64,000 nucleotides of DNA from Piromyces finnis finn. Lineage: Eukaryota > Fungi > Neocallimastigomycota. The DNA is taken from assembly GCA_002104945.1 (NCBI GenBank), contig MCFH01000003.1:1364001-1428000 (forward strand). The letters are read 5' to 3'. Under the pieces are notes generated by a model, which had not been told where the DNA came from, made no database searches, and saw only the letters and a program-made list of their open reading frames with translations. The position numbers were made by a program, and so were the translations under genes. Shown here in pieces: positions 14,250 through 27,500 of this stretch (position 1 is its first letter; every line of letters begins with the position of its first letter).

Positions 14250-16373
14250 ATGGAAGACCAAATTAGACAAGCATTTTCACAAGAAAAATTAACAGATGAT
14301 ATAGTAAGACAATTATCAAAATTATGTGAAATATATGAATTATCACCAGAAGAATTAAATGATAACTGGGAAACATATATTATTAAACAAGAAGCTACCG
14401 ATATTAGTATAGAACAAATTGAAGATTTCAAAATTACTGTATTACAAAGATGGGTAGAAGAAGAAAGTAAAAATAAAAAAATAAATACACCTTTCAAGAA
14501 ACAATCTAATACTATGGATATAGACTCTGAAAAAGTTTTCAATGAAAATAGTATTGATAATTTAGATTCTATTATTACAGGAATAACCAAATCAAATAAA
14601 GGAAAATTTCCTTTATTATCACCAAAACGTAATTCAATTAAATCCTCAATTTCAAATACACCTTTCAGCCCAACAAAATATGGAAATATAGAAAAAAAGA
14701 ATGAAATTTCATCACTTACCAAAAAATTCCAAGAAAGAAAAAAAAGAGGAGAATTGGAAGCTGCATTAAATAAAGACATACCAGAACCAACAATTGATTT
14801 TGATATATCAAAAGAAGTTTCTTTAGAATTAATTAATAAGGATCAACAAATTGAATGTTATAGATATATGTTTTCAAAATTGAATGATATTGGAGAAATT
14901 ATGAATAAAAGAATTGATGATATTAGTGAATTAATTTTGAAACATAACAACATTGAATATTTTACACCTCCACAAATAATAAGTTCAGATGAATTTGTTA
15001 CTGCAGGAAGACTTTGTACAGATGATATAGATATTATGGATTCAATAAATACTAAAACAAACGATAGGTCTTATGTTTTAGAAACCAGTCAAAGTACTGG
15101 TTCCGGATATAGAATAAAACTAAACTTTTCACAATTAATAAATGAAGGAAAAGAATATACCATATTCCCAGGTCAAATTGTTGGAGTTAAAGGAACTAAT
15201 TCCACTGGTAATTGTTTAGACGTTACCGAAATTATTGAACCTCCACCACTTCCTATACCAGCCACAAATATTAAAGAACTTTCTCAATACTACGGAAATG
15301 GTAAAGAACAACCTATTTCTGTTTTTGTAGCTTCTGGACCATATACCTGTGAAGATAGTTTAGAATATGAACCTCTGGATGAATTATTTAATAATTATAT
15401 TTTGCCAGAGAAACCAAATGTTTTGATATTGATGGGACCATTTGTTGATGATCGTCATCCATTTATTATGAATGGTGAAACAAAACTTTTACCTGAAGAG
15501 ATTTTCCAAAAGTATATATCCCCACAAATTCAACAATTCTATAAAAGCTCACCTCATTCCACCATTATTCTTATTCCAAGTTTAAATGATCTTCTTTCTG
15601 AGTCCATTTGTTTCCCACAACCACCATTAGATTCTGAAATTACACCTCGAAATGAACAATTTTCTGTTGACGATGAAGCAAGTTATCAACAAAAAATCAT
15701 GGACAATATTCTTAAAAAGCGTAATGCTTTAGGTCTACCAAGTGATTTAGAAAGATTCCACTGTCTCCCAAATCCAGTACAATTTCAAATTAATGATGTC
15801 ATTTTTGCTATCAGCAATAATGATATTATATCCCATATGTATAATGAAGAATTCTATCGTCCAGCTCGTTCCTCTGGATTAGGTTCACCATTTAAAGGTA
15901 GTGTGAAATCCAATCATCGTCCAATGGATAGAATTTCACGATTAACCAGGCATTTACTTCAACAACACAGTCTCTATCCACTCTTTCCATCAGCAATAGA
16001 TGAAGCCAATATTAATTATGAACATGCTAAAGGTTTTTATCTTAATATAAAACCAGATATTTTAATTTTAAATAGTGCTGTTCGACTTTTTGCAAAGAAT
16101 GTTGATGATGTTATTTGTGTTAATCCAGGTCAAGTTGTTCATAAAGTCACTGGTACTTTTTCAAAATTTTATATATACCCAAAGGATCTTACCAGTTATA
16201 TGAAAGAAGTAAAAAAAGAAGAAGAATTAACTAACTTCAAAATGGAAGAAGATGAAGGATTAACCAAGGTAAAAATGGAAGAAGATGATGATCAACATAA
16301 TATGGAAGTTGATCAAATAAATATTTTTAATGATGTTTCAAAGAGATGTCGTGTTGAAATTCGAAGAGTCTAA
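14250..16373 (+). CDS. POL12: DNA polymerase alpha/primase subunit B
   Basis: Single 707-aa ORF. N-terminal LSKLCEIYELSPEELNDNW, OB-fold motif YTIFPGQIVGVKGTN, and calcineurin-like phosphoesterase motifs VASGPYT, LILMGPFVD, IILIPSLND, PNPVQFQINDV, KPDILIL, VNPG. Confidence 0.95.
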   Translation: MEDQIRQAFSQEKLTDDIVRQLSKLCEIYELSPEELNDNWETYIIKQEATDISIEQIEDFKITVLQRWVEEESKNKKINTPFKKQSNTMDIDSEKVFNENSIDNLDSIITGITKSNKGKFPLLSPKRNSIKSSISNTPFSPTKYGNIEKKNEISSLTKKFQERKKRGELEAALNKDIPEPTIDFDISKEVSLELINKDQQIECYRYMFSKLNDIGEIMNKRIDDISELILKHNNIEYFTPPQIISSDEFVTAGRLCTDDIDIMDSINTKTNDRSYVLETSQSTGSGYRIKLNFSQLINEGKEYTIFPGQIVGVKGTNSTGNCLDVTEIIEPPPLPIPATNIKELSQYYGNGKEQPISVFVASGPYTCEDSLEYEPLDELFNNYILPEKPNVLILMGPFVDDRHPFIMNGETKLLPEEIFQKYISPQIQQFYKSSPHSTIILIPSLNDLLSESICFPQPPLDSEITPRNEQFSVDDEASYQQKIMDNILKKRNALGLPSDLERFHCLPNPVQFQINDVIFAISNNDIISHMYNEEFYRPARSSGLGSPFKGSVKSNHRPMDRISRLTRHLLQQHSLYPLFPSAIDEANINYEHAKGFYLNIKPDILILNSAVRLFAKNVDDVICVNPGQVVHKVTGTFSKFYIYPKDLTSYMKEVKKEEELTNFKMEEDEGLTKVKMEEDDDQHNMEVDQINIFNDVSKRCRVEIRRV

Positions 16374-18919
16374 ATTTTTATTTATTTTACTTTTCACCCA
16401 TTAATAATTTATTTTTATAGTGTACTTTTTTTTTTTTTTTTACCTCTTTTTTTAATCACCCTCATATTTAATTATAATTAATTCTTTTTTCTTAAACTTT
16501 TTCAAATCAGATTAATATATATATATATATAATAAAAAAATAAAGATGTAAGTCAGTATATTAATTTATATCATTTATAATGACTTTTTATTGTAAAGCA
16601 TAAATCCTACAATAATACTATTTACTAAATTTTATCTACATCGATCGTCAAATTAATAAAATAATATTTATTTTTAATAAATATATATACTATATTTCTT
16701 ACTACTCTTTTAATTTTTTTAAAAAAAAAAAAAATCTGTTTGAATCTATTATATTTAATAATTTTTATTATTTTTCTTTTCTATCTAAAATTAAACTTTT
16801 TAATATAGTGTAATGAAGAATAGCATAAATGATGGAAAAAAATTCTTTTTTTTTTTTAGTAAAATTCATATTTTAAATTGTTTGTACTTGAGATATAGTT
16901 TTAAGTTCATTGATTTAAACTTAACCACCTTTAAATTTTTTATACCTCATTCTTCCTAACCTTTTTTTTTTAAAAAAAAAAAAGGTATTTCGTTTCAAAA
17001 ATGACCTTTTTAAAGTATAATATTTTTGGTTATTTGTCATTTAGTAATATGTATGAATAAACTTTTTATCTATCTATTTATATCTATATATTGAATTGTT
17101 ATGTCATAGTAATATATATAATTTTTACTAATACTATCGGAAAATGTTATAAAAAGTGTATAATTTATTCATGGTAAACTTTTTTAAAATATATATATAT
17201 ATGTTTTATTATTAATATTTGTTGTTATTTTTTTTTTTTTTTAAAAAGGATTAAATATTGATTCAGTAAAACAAGCATTTTAAAATTTTATACATTCAAC
17301 TATTAGAGTTCTTTTTTTTTTTTTTTTTAACTTTTCTATTAATTGATAAATTCAATTTTTTGCTTTTTATAGCAATGAATTGTATCATCAATTGATAGCA
17401 CTACTTATTTTTCTTATTAAAATTATTAAAAACCATATGCCATTCATAGAATAAAAAGTTTTTTTTTAACTCTTTTTTTTTTTTTATAATTACTTATTTT
17501 ATTCTATCTTTTTTTTATAAAGAAAAAATTTAAAGAATCTAATCTTTTTTTAAAACTCCACCTTTAAAAGATTTAAATGACATTTTAATTATAATACATT
17601 ATATTAATGTAATGTAATAAATAACAATGTAATTGTTAATACATTACAATTAAATTTTTGTATTATTACGAATTATAAGGATTATAAAAAAAAGATGATG
17701 ATGATGAGGAGTGTAATACCATTTTTTGAATATAAATATTTATATGAATCTATTATACTAAAATAGAATTGATATTATATAGTATTAAGATGCTAATATT
17801 AATAATAATGATAGTATTTAAAATAATTAATGATTATTACTATTTCAACAAAATTATTATAACTAAGACTTTTTTAAAGTGTAACATTTTTAAGATTGTT
17901 ATTTACATATATATTCGTTTATATTGTAATATATTTTAATTATTAATCATTTAATATAGTGTATGGATAATAAATCTATAATTTATTCAATTATAATCAA
18001 TAATATATAAATATCCAATCATATTATAGTTGGATTAATTTTCAATATCAATTTTTGTATTCAAATCTTATTTAATATATTACTTCAATTTTTTTATTTA
18101 TACAAAATAATAAATTAAAATATATTATAATTAATTAAAATAATATATTAATAATAATTATAAAAAATATCTAAATCAATCCAAGAAAAAAAAAAAAAAA
18201 AAGGGTGATACAACAACAAAAAAAAATTGTCGTTGAAATAACCGAAGATCAAGAATAAAAAGAAGAAAAAAAAAAAAGATTTTCAATAATAAAAAGGAAA
18301 AGAGTAAAAGTAAAAAGAAATTGAAAGTAGAAGAATAAGAGAGATTCTTTGTTAAAATGGTTTTTTGTTAAATAAAAAAATTATTTATTATAAATGAACA
18401 CTTTTTTATCTGATTTTATTTTTGATGATTTAATTAAATAATAAAAAAAAAATTTTTTTTTTAAATCTATAAATTTTTTATATTAAATTGAATTTTCATA
18501 TAAAAAGAAAAGAATTTCTTTCTTTTAATTGAAAAATTAACTTTTAAATTCTTTTAAACACTTTAGCTATTTTTTTAAAGAAAAAAAAAAAAAGTATTAT
18601 TATAAGCAATTATAATAATATACCTAAAAACTAAACAAAAAAACAAAACAAACAAAAAACAAAAAACAAAAAAACTAAAAAGAAACTTTTTTTTTATTCA
18701 TTCAAAGAAGAAGAAAAAAAAAGTAAAAAAAAAAGAAAAAATAAAATAAAATAAAAAATATACAATAAAACATACAAAATTATAAAACAAAAATACAATT
18801 TAAACAAAACAAACAAAAAAAAGAAACCCATATAATTAGTAATACGATTATAGAGTTTTATATTAATAATAAATTATAAAAAAATAAAATTATAAAAATC
18901 TCAATAAAAAACATTCGCA

Positions 18920-20597
18920 ATGACTACTCAAGTTATGAACTGTAAATTTTAATAATATATTTAATAGAGATAATGCTATTTAAAATCAATACTAAAACAC
19001 TTTTTTTTTTTTTATAATATATTTTGATATATATATGTATTTATAGCACAATACGATTTATTAAAGGTAGATAACTTTTTTTATTTTTTAAAAAAGAGTT
19101 TAACATTTTAGAAATTATAAAATAATAAAATTACTAAAATTATAATATTATCTATTTTATTAGGAAGAAGATATTTCCTACAATGCCTGGAATCAATTCA
19201 CTCAATTAAAAGATTCTCAAACTAAAGTAAAACCAACTTACAGAGTTGTTCACAATGAAGTTGAAGAGGAATATGTATGCAATAACAATATACGTTTAAT
19301 GTTTTAATCAAATGAATAATAAATGAATTATTTTTATATTAATAAATTACTTTTTTGTAATATTGATTTACTTTTGTTTTAAAGGATGAAGAAACTTTAG
19401 TTGGTAGTGCCTGGTGTAAATTCTGTGAAATTAAGGAACATGTTCAAAAGAAACCAGAATACAAGATAGTTTCTAAAGAAGAAGTAATTATTAATTAGAA
19501 TGATATATTTAATAAACAACTTTGTTTTTATATTATAAATGAATTAAAATAATAATCGAATTAATATATATACCTTCATATCATTAAAAAGGAAATTCAA
19601 GAAGAAATTGATGGTGCTTGGAAAGCATTTATTGAAGATAAAGAAAAAAATGCTACTAAAAAAACCGAATATATTAAAGTTTCCGAAGAAAAGGATGATA
19701 CAGAAGAAGAAACCGTTATTGATGGTGCTTGGAAAGAATTTATTGATATTAAAAGTGTTCCAACTAAAAAGACTGAATATATTAAAATCACCGAAGATGA
19801 CTTTGATAATGAAGAAGAAACTAATCAAGAAGAATTTGAAGGTTCCGCTTGGAATAATTTCAAAACCATTGAATCTGAAGAAAAATCCATCAAAAAACAA
19901 CAAAATGTAAATAAGATATATAATTTAAACTGACATAATTTTGAAACTTATTAAAATAATTACTTTTTTTTTTATTGCTAATATCAATATATGCATTTTA
20001 TTATTATCATAAAATACAATTAAATTTAAAAAGGCTTATGAAAGTCCAAAGAAGGCTCAAAGAGTAAAGATTCATTTAGCTGATTGTGCTTGGAACGAAT
20101 TTGTTACTTCAGATAGAGGTTTATTTGAAAAATATGAAAAGTATTTAGAAAGAGTAGAAGATGATATTATTGTCTTAGATGAAACCTTTGCTGAAGAAGA
20201 ATCCGCTGATTCTGGTGCTTCTATTATTAATGAAGGTGAAACTATTGTTATTTCTGATTCCTTTATGAAAGAAATTGAAAACAAAAATGAAGTTGAAGAA
20301 GTTAAACCATCTAAAGAAGTTAAGGTTGATGAAGAAGTTAAGGAAGAAGTTAAACCAACAGAAGAAGTTAAGGCTGTTGAAGAAGCCAAGGAAGAAGTTA
20401 AACCAACAGAAGAAGTTAAGGTTGCTGAAGAAGCCAAGGAAGAAGTTAAGGTTGCTAAAGAAACCAAGGAAGAAGTTAAATCAGATGAAAAGCCATTAAA
20501 GAAGAAGGGAAAATTATCAAAATTCATGAAGAAGACTAAAAAGATATTAAAGAAAATCTTTTCTCATAAAAAAAAGGAAAACAAGAGCAAAAATTAA
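18920..20597 (+). CDS. Uncharacterised acidic repeat protein (376 aa): six A-W-x-x-F repeats, EEVK repeats and a polybasic C-terminus
   Basis: Exons 18920-18941, 19047-19066, 19164-19274, 19385-19483, 19592-19906 and 20034-20597, all with GT-AG introns, give one uninterrupted frame of 1131 nt. The ORF track shows only the last 110 aa in this frame. Confidence 0.85.
20296..20482 (+). repeat. Coding tandem repeat (EEVK / EEAKEEVK units; ~48-bp duplicated unit)
   Basis: Repeated aaggaagaagttaaaccaacagaagaagttaagg translates as KEEVKPTEEVKAVEEAKEEVKPTEEVKVAEEAKEEVK. Confidence 0.9.
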
Positions 20598-21750
20598 ATA
20601 AATGTACATATAAAGTAGGGCAATTCAACGAAAGTTTATCAACAATAACTATATCAAAAAGATGAAGCATTTAGATATTCCAATTTATTATTAAAAATTA
20701 TAAATTGTTATCAAATCGTTAATTTATATTTTATTCTTATACTTTTTTAACTTCAAATATTTTTTTTATATTTTTATTTACAAAAATTTTATATTTATTT
20801 AAATTAAATTATTAACTTTCGAATATATAATATATAATATTTTATTTATTTGAGAGCTTTTTTTTCTATTTTTTACCATTTTTTTAAATTATGAAAAAAG
20901 GTCACAAAAACATAATACTTTAAAAATATTATATAAAAATAATTTTATATAATAATAGTAAGGTATTTAGAAATGGATATTTATATATGAGATTATCTTT
21001 TATCAAACTATAATAATATATCAAATACCAAAAAAAAAAAAGCAAAGCAAAAAAATCACCATTATAGAAAAAAGATAAATATCATATATTAGATATTCAT
21101 AAAACCATCCCATAGAAAAATTTATATAAAAAAAAAGAAAGAGTGAGTAAATGAAGTAAAAATATAACTATATAAATCAAGTTTAAATATAAACGAAGCT
21201 AAAGTCTGAAACTCTAGTGAATGAAAGTGAAGTTATTATTATTATTTTTTTAATGAAAAAATAATAATTATGGATTAAAAAATAACAAAAAGCAAAAAGA
21301 ATAGTAACACAATGTTCAAACTTTTTAAAATAGAAGCTCAAGAATTTTGATAATTTTGTTATTTATAAGAAAGTAAGGAAAACAGCTCCACTATCGCTTT
21401 TATCTCAACTCTCTCTTTTTTTTATATAAAATATATCCAGTATTTTAAACTTTTATATATATATTTATTTTTGTTATAATGATAAATTTTGAACAACAAC
21501 ATAACAACAACGAAATTAAGTAACAATTTATAGTAATATATATTTTCAGGTAAAAAAAAATAGGAAAAAAACAAAAAAAAAAAAAAAAAAAAAAAGCTTT
21601 AAAAAAAAGTAAAAGCTAAAGTGTTAAAAAGATATTTTATTTATCCAAGAAAGCTTTAAAATAAATTGAAATCTAGCTATAGAAAGTTTTTATTTTATTT
21701 TAGGCTTAAATGGAATTTACCAATTTTTAGTATTTAATAAATATTAAAAA

Positions 21751-21785
<35 letters not shown>

Positions 21786-23039
21786 TTCTTTTGTTATCTA
21801 TTTTAGTGTTTTTTTTTTTTTTTTATATTTTTTATCGAATATATTATTTTGAATTTTAATTTATAAAAAACGAGATTTTGAATTTAATATATATATATAT
21901 ATATTTTATATATACAGTTTAAAAAAAGTATATTCATAATATTATCTGTAATAGTTTCAAACTTTTTCATATAAATAAAGAGATGTATTTAATGATAATA
22001 ATAGTAATAATAATAATAGTAAAAAAGTTAATTATTTCTATTTTATATTTTGGTAGGTATGAAATCAAATGAAAAAGAAAAAAGATACAGTTATCAAAAT
22101 GCCAATTGGAGAAATGATTTTGATAACTCTATATCACCATAATTAAAATTATTGAAAATTATAAAGAAGAATAAAAAAAAAAAAAAAGAAATAATAAATA
22201 ACAATTTAATATAGTACAAATACATTTTATTATTATTTTTATTTTTATTTTTAATTAATATTAATTTTATTTCATTAAACAAACAAAAAGAGTAAATACT
22301 TTTTAGAAAGTTTATCAATGTATTTAATTATTAAAGTTGGATTATCCACCATTGTATTAGTAATATAAAATTTGTATTAAATTTTTTTTAATTCCAATGT
22401 AGTGATAGTTGCGGTACAATCACAATTATATAATGTACATACAAAATAAAAATGTATGAAGATTTATATGAAATATCTTTTATAGAGAATAACTAATATG
22501 AAAAAAATAATAAACATCATCATAAAACCAGGTTCTAATCTACCAGATAATGGATTTATTCAATAATAAAAATTAAATATAAAATTAACTAAACAATCAA
22601 TAATTAAAAATTGGGTATATCTATTATTATTTAGTGTATATAAAATCAATATTAATATCAAAAGTTCGTGTCATCCTAACATTTTTCATTCAAATGTTTT
22701 TATTCCCCCTAATTTTTTTGTATATGTTAAATAGAATAGGTGTCAGAGATAGAATTTCTAATGTAATAATGTTAGTATTATTAATGATGATAGTGTAATA
22801 TCTTGATTTTTTTTTTTTTAACAACATCAAATATTTTTAAACTTTTATTATTAATTTAATTAAAATTATAATACATGTTATAAAAAATCAAAATTAAAAA
22901 TCAAAATAAAAATAAAAGAAATAATATGTCTAAATAAACATAAATGAATAAAAATTGGGTATAATGTGTTTTAGTAATTTTAATGAAAGTAAGAAAGCCA
23001 CTATTATACTAAAGTATAATACTTGTATTTGACTTCCAA

Positions 23040-23750
23040 ATGGGATACCGAGCTAAAGATCAAAATTTTGTCATGGGACAAAATTATGATCTCCATTGGT
23101 TGCGCTGGCCCTCCTGGCCTGTCTTACTGTTTCTTCAGCATTGACGCTCTTGGATGTTGCTTCAAACTTTTTGAACATTGACCATTGCTGGCCAATAGTA
23201 AAAGGCATGATTTTGGTTAGAAGTTCCGCTGTTACCGTCAAGAATGGTGTTCCTTCGTAAGTGCCCCTGATTGAATCTGACACTTGCAAAGTTTTTTCCA
23301 TTCCCTTGAATTGTAATTGATATTATTAAAACTTCTTCCCCCAAGGAGGAATTTAAATATTTTATTGCACACACTAGAATAATCATACACATTAATATTC
23401 ACCGGATTATTAGAACTATTACAATTATTAACTAAATTACTATCTAAATAAGAATTATTATCATCACTATTAATATCATTACTAATATTATTATTACTAT
23501 TGTTATTATTACTATTAATATTATTACTATTTCTATTGATATTAACATTTTCATTATTATTGATAGGACTGTTGAAATTACGTTGACTGAAAAAATTTAA
23601 TAGCTGGACTATTTCCTAGACCTAGCTTTGTTGGATCCAAGTAATGGTGCAAAGTATGAAACTCTGCTGATCACTTAAGTGTAATATCTTGAAGTATCAT
23701 TATCAACAAAAAATCCATTACAGTAACACGTACTAAACTAACTCTAAGAT
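23040..23750 (-). pseudogene. GC-elevated decayed coding relic, possibly a degenerate Ty3/gypsy pol fragment
   Basis: Visibly more GC-rich than its flanks and broken by stops and frameshifts. Minus-strand fragments LLNFFSQRNF, KIFKFLLGG..REWKKL and GHL...FYYWPAMVNVQKV loosely recall RNase H and integrase H2C2 motifs. No LTRs are visible. Confidence 0.25.
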
Positions 23751-24096
23751 CTTTAACACTCTTTTTTTTTTTTTTTTTTAAATATATATGTTTAGAATTG
23801 AAAAATATATAATTATTCACTTTATCAAATATTATTCTATTTTCCTGGCTGTCACAAATAATTATTAATTTTAAGGGAATAAGAGTTTTAAATAATCTTT
23901 ATTTTTTTTTATTTATTCATTTTTTATTGTTCTTTATAATTTTAAAAGAAATAGTTATAATAAATACAAGATTATTTTTTTAAATTTTCATAATAAAAGT
24001 AATGGTAGTAATAATACTATGTATAAAATATTATTTATAAATATATAAGTTATATATAGTGTTATTTATAAAAATTACATTTTTATTTTACAATTA

Positions 24097-24128
<32 letters not shown>

Positions 24129-24318
24129 TTAAAATGAATATTAAAACAGATACAACTTTTATTGATATGTAAAATATATATATATTGAAAGTTCAAAATT
24201 TAATAAACAATATTTTATAATATTTATAATATATATAATAATTTATAGTAATGATATATTTATAGTAATAAAATTTCTATTCCAAATGGAATTATCTTAC
24301 TTTTTTTTCCTTTATATT

Positions 24319-24540
24319 TTAATTACTTTGCAAATCTAAATATACAGTTCCTCTTTTGCCTTGATTATCTATATTATTGAGTGGTGATTCTGGTATAGCT
24401 GTATTTGGTAAACTTAAATATATATTTTCATCAGATTCATCTTCTACATTATTATTATTATTAACGTCAACTACTAAATTTTCAGATTTTCCTTCTTTTA
24501 ATTCCAGTGGTTTGGATGTTATGTCATTTGTTAGTGGTTT

Positions 24541-24571
<31 letters not shown>

Positions 24572-27500
24572 ATATTAATTACCCTGTTTTCATTATCTTT
24601 GTCTTTATCATTTTCTTGATTTTTATCGTTAATATCAATGACAGCAGATTCATTATTATTGTCTACTGCAATATTTTCTTCAGATCTTTCAATAAGAGAT
24701 TCATCTAAACCATCTGGTATCCATGGGGTGTATAGTTTAGATGTCATATCTGGATGATCATATTCTGCTTCTAAATAGTATTCTGGAATTTGAGGTAATT
24801 CACTTTCAGCAAGACAACTATATTGTGGTGCTTTTCTATTTTTCTGAGCAGTAATATATATATATTCACTGGCACCATAATTATTTTCTGGGTTTCTTAG
24901 AATACTACTATTACTAAATTGAGTATCCTTTTTATGATTCAAGTAATCAAGTTCAGGCATTTTAACAGATTTTTGTGGTACTTGAAGGTAATTATTACTC
25001 TCGTTATCATTCTTGAATTTTTCTGAATTTACTAAACTATCTAATTGGCCTTTAAGATATTGAATCATATCCCTATCTCTAAGATTACTATCAATGGCTT
25101 CTTGCATACAATTCTTTAAATCTTCTTTCGAAAGACTAACTTGAGAAGAAGTACGACGAACGATACAATTATTTTTATCTTTTTCAAGATTTTCATAGGT
25201 TGAGGTTAATAAAGCAGATTTACAATTTGAAAAGTTTTGTCCATCTGTAAATTGATCGATAGGTGTATTTTTATGAATATCGGCAAAAGTATTCTGACAA
25301 TATTTATAGAAAATAATGGTTATAATAACTAATGGTATAAGTGAAGTAGAAATATTTCCATTTTCTTTTATCCAGAACATACCAACTAAAGTTAATTGAG
25401 AAACTAATAAAGCAAATATAATTCTATTAAAGATAAGATTGTAATAAACTCCATTGTTTTCCCATTGCTTTTTTTTTTTTAAAAAAAAATAAATAAATAA
25501 TATAAAATAAATTTATTACGATATAAAATTAGTAAAAATTTATATGTAAAAATTATAATTATTTTTTAAAAAAAAAAAGAATATATTATTTATAAAAATA
25601 AATATAAAAAAATTTTTTTTTTCATTTTTACCTTAACGTTAATATATAAGATATGATTCTTTTGATTGAGATAATTAAAGAAGAAGTAAAGTACACCCGG
25701 TATTAAAATGAAAGAAGAGATACATGAATATACAAGAATAATGGTAAAGATCAATAAAGGCATAGGATAAACTAAACCATAGTTAAGTGGAATAGTTGTA
25801 TGTTCATAATCCCAAATTTGACGTTTTGTTTTAAATATGAATTTTCTTTTTAACCAACCAATAACAATTCCAGCAAGTGCAGCTAAATCATTAGCAGGGG
25901 ATTGAATACGATAAATAATAAATAAAATGAAAAAGTTTGCACCTTTTGGTAATTGTTCACCTAAAAGGGTAATGATAGATTTTGGATCATTGATAGCATT
26001 TTCCAAAACACCCCAAAAAGTTTTCGATAAAGTACAAATGAATAAGACATTGAATAAAATGAAAAGATAATATTTTTTAAGGAAACTTTTTTCTCTCATT
26101 GAAATAGCTTCAAAGTATTCAAATTTTGTCAACAAATAAATAATGGTAGGTACTAAACTAAGTAAAACGTTAATCAATATAGTTGGAAGAAGACTTCTAA
26201 AGAAAACGTCAACAAGTTCATATTGAGTAATTTTTTGTATGAAGTCTCTGAGGAATTCGATTTCTTGTAATTTTTCCAATTCAGTAAAGGCTAAAATAAA
26301 GTGAACTGGTACCATATAAAAAATACACATGAAGAATAAAGCAACGGATATAGCAGTACTCATAGATTGTTTCTTTTCTATTCTATCATGAAGATTTTCC
26401 CATTGTAAATTAGTTGGATTTGGAGCAGCGATCTTGTATACATTTTTTATTTTTTATTGTATTAAATATAGATTATAATAAATATCAAAATGAAATTTAT
26501 TTGAAAAAAAAAATAATGTTATCCCCATCCATGTAGTATCATAAATAAATTTTATGGTTATAAAAAAAATATTATTAATATCTTTATAATGGAAACAATA
26601 TTGAAAAATACAAAATCAAAAAAAAAAAAAAAACTTTATAAAAAGAGTATTATTAATATTTTTAATACTTACACAATACATTGTATTTTTATTATCAGAA
26701 GTATATAAACTAAGTTGAGAGACGATATGTGCAGCTCTAGTATCTTTAAAAGTAACAAAAGCGGTGTAAGCCCTTTTTTTATCATCTTTATTATCTTCTT
26801 TTTCTTTTTCTTCATTTCTTAATTGTTTAATTTGTTTAGTATATTTTTCAATGTTTGCTTCATATGTTGAAATTGAATCTACAAATTTACCATTCAATGG
26901 GAAAAGTGTACCAGTAAAATGACTTGGACGTAATTTTCTTAATTCTTTTTTTCTTTGATATTCAGGATCACTTTCTTCTTCTTTTTGATTACCTCCTGGG
27001 TTAAAAAGATTATTAAGAGCATTAGGGAATTTTTTCAATACTTTTTTTTCAATAAATTTTCGAATAAAATTCTTTTCTTGAGCATTTTTATCAATATTTT
27101 TTTTATAGGCTAAGTAAGCCTTTTCCAAGTTATAAAGATTATTTCTTCTTTTATTGATAGCATTGGTAAGTTTAGCATTTGCTTCATAAATTATATGAAT
27201 ATCGTCAACTTTACCAACCTTTAAATTATTAAACCAATCAATTAAACTATATTTATCTTGAAGATTAGAAGGAATATTTCTAATCATAACTGTCTTTGAT
27301 TGTAATACTTCAGTTTTAATTGCTCTCATTCTAATAAGACCTCCTTTACGAATAGTTTCCTTATAATATTGGGCATAAATTTTATAATTTCTCCAGAGGA
27401 AAAACATAACAACAAAACTAAAGAAATAACAGCATGCTGAGTGGGCAATAAAAACTAAAGAACCGTCTGGAACATTAGCAATAGAAAAAACTTGAATACT

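Noticed and set aside
19544-20527. ORFs 19544-19903, 19597-19791, 19608-19910, 20072-20527 and 20275-20499
   Set aside because: Shadows of the spliced AWxxF/EEVK gene in other frames or on the other strand.
22094-22318. Hydrophobic I/F/L/K/Y-rich short ORFs in intergenic DNA (also 28117-28323, 37504-37692, 39048-39239, 43362-43649, 57652-57879)
   Set aside because: Composition simply mirrors AT-rich non-coding sequence or the antisense of real exons; no coding signal.
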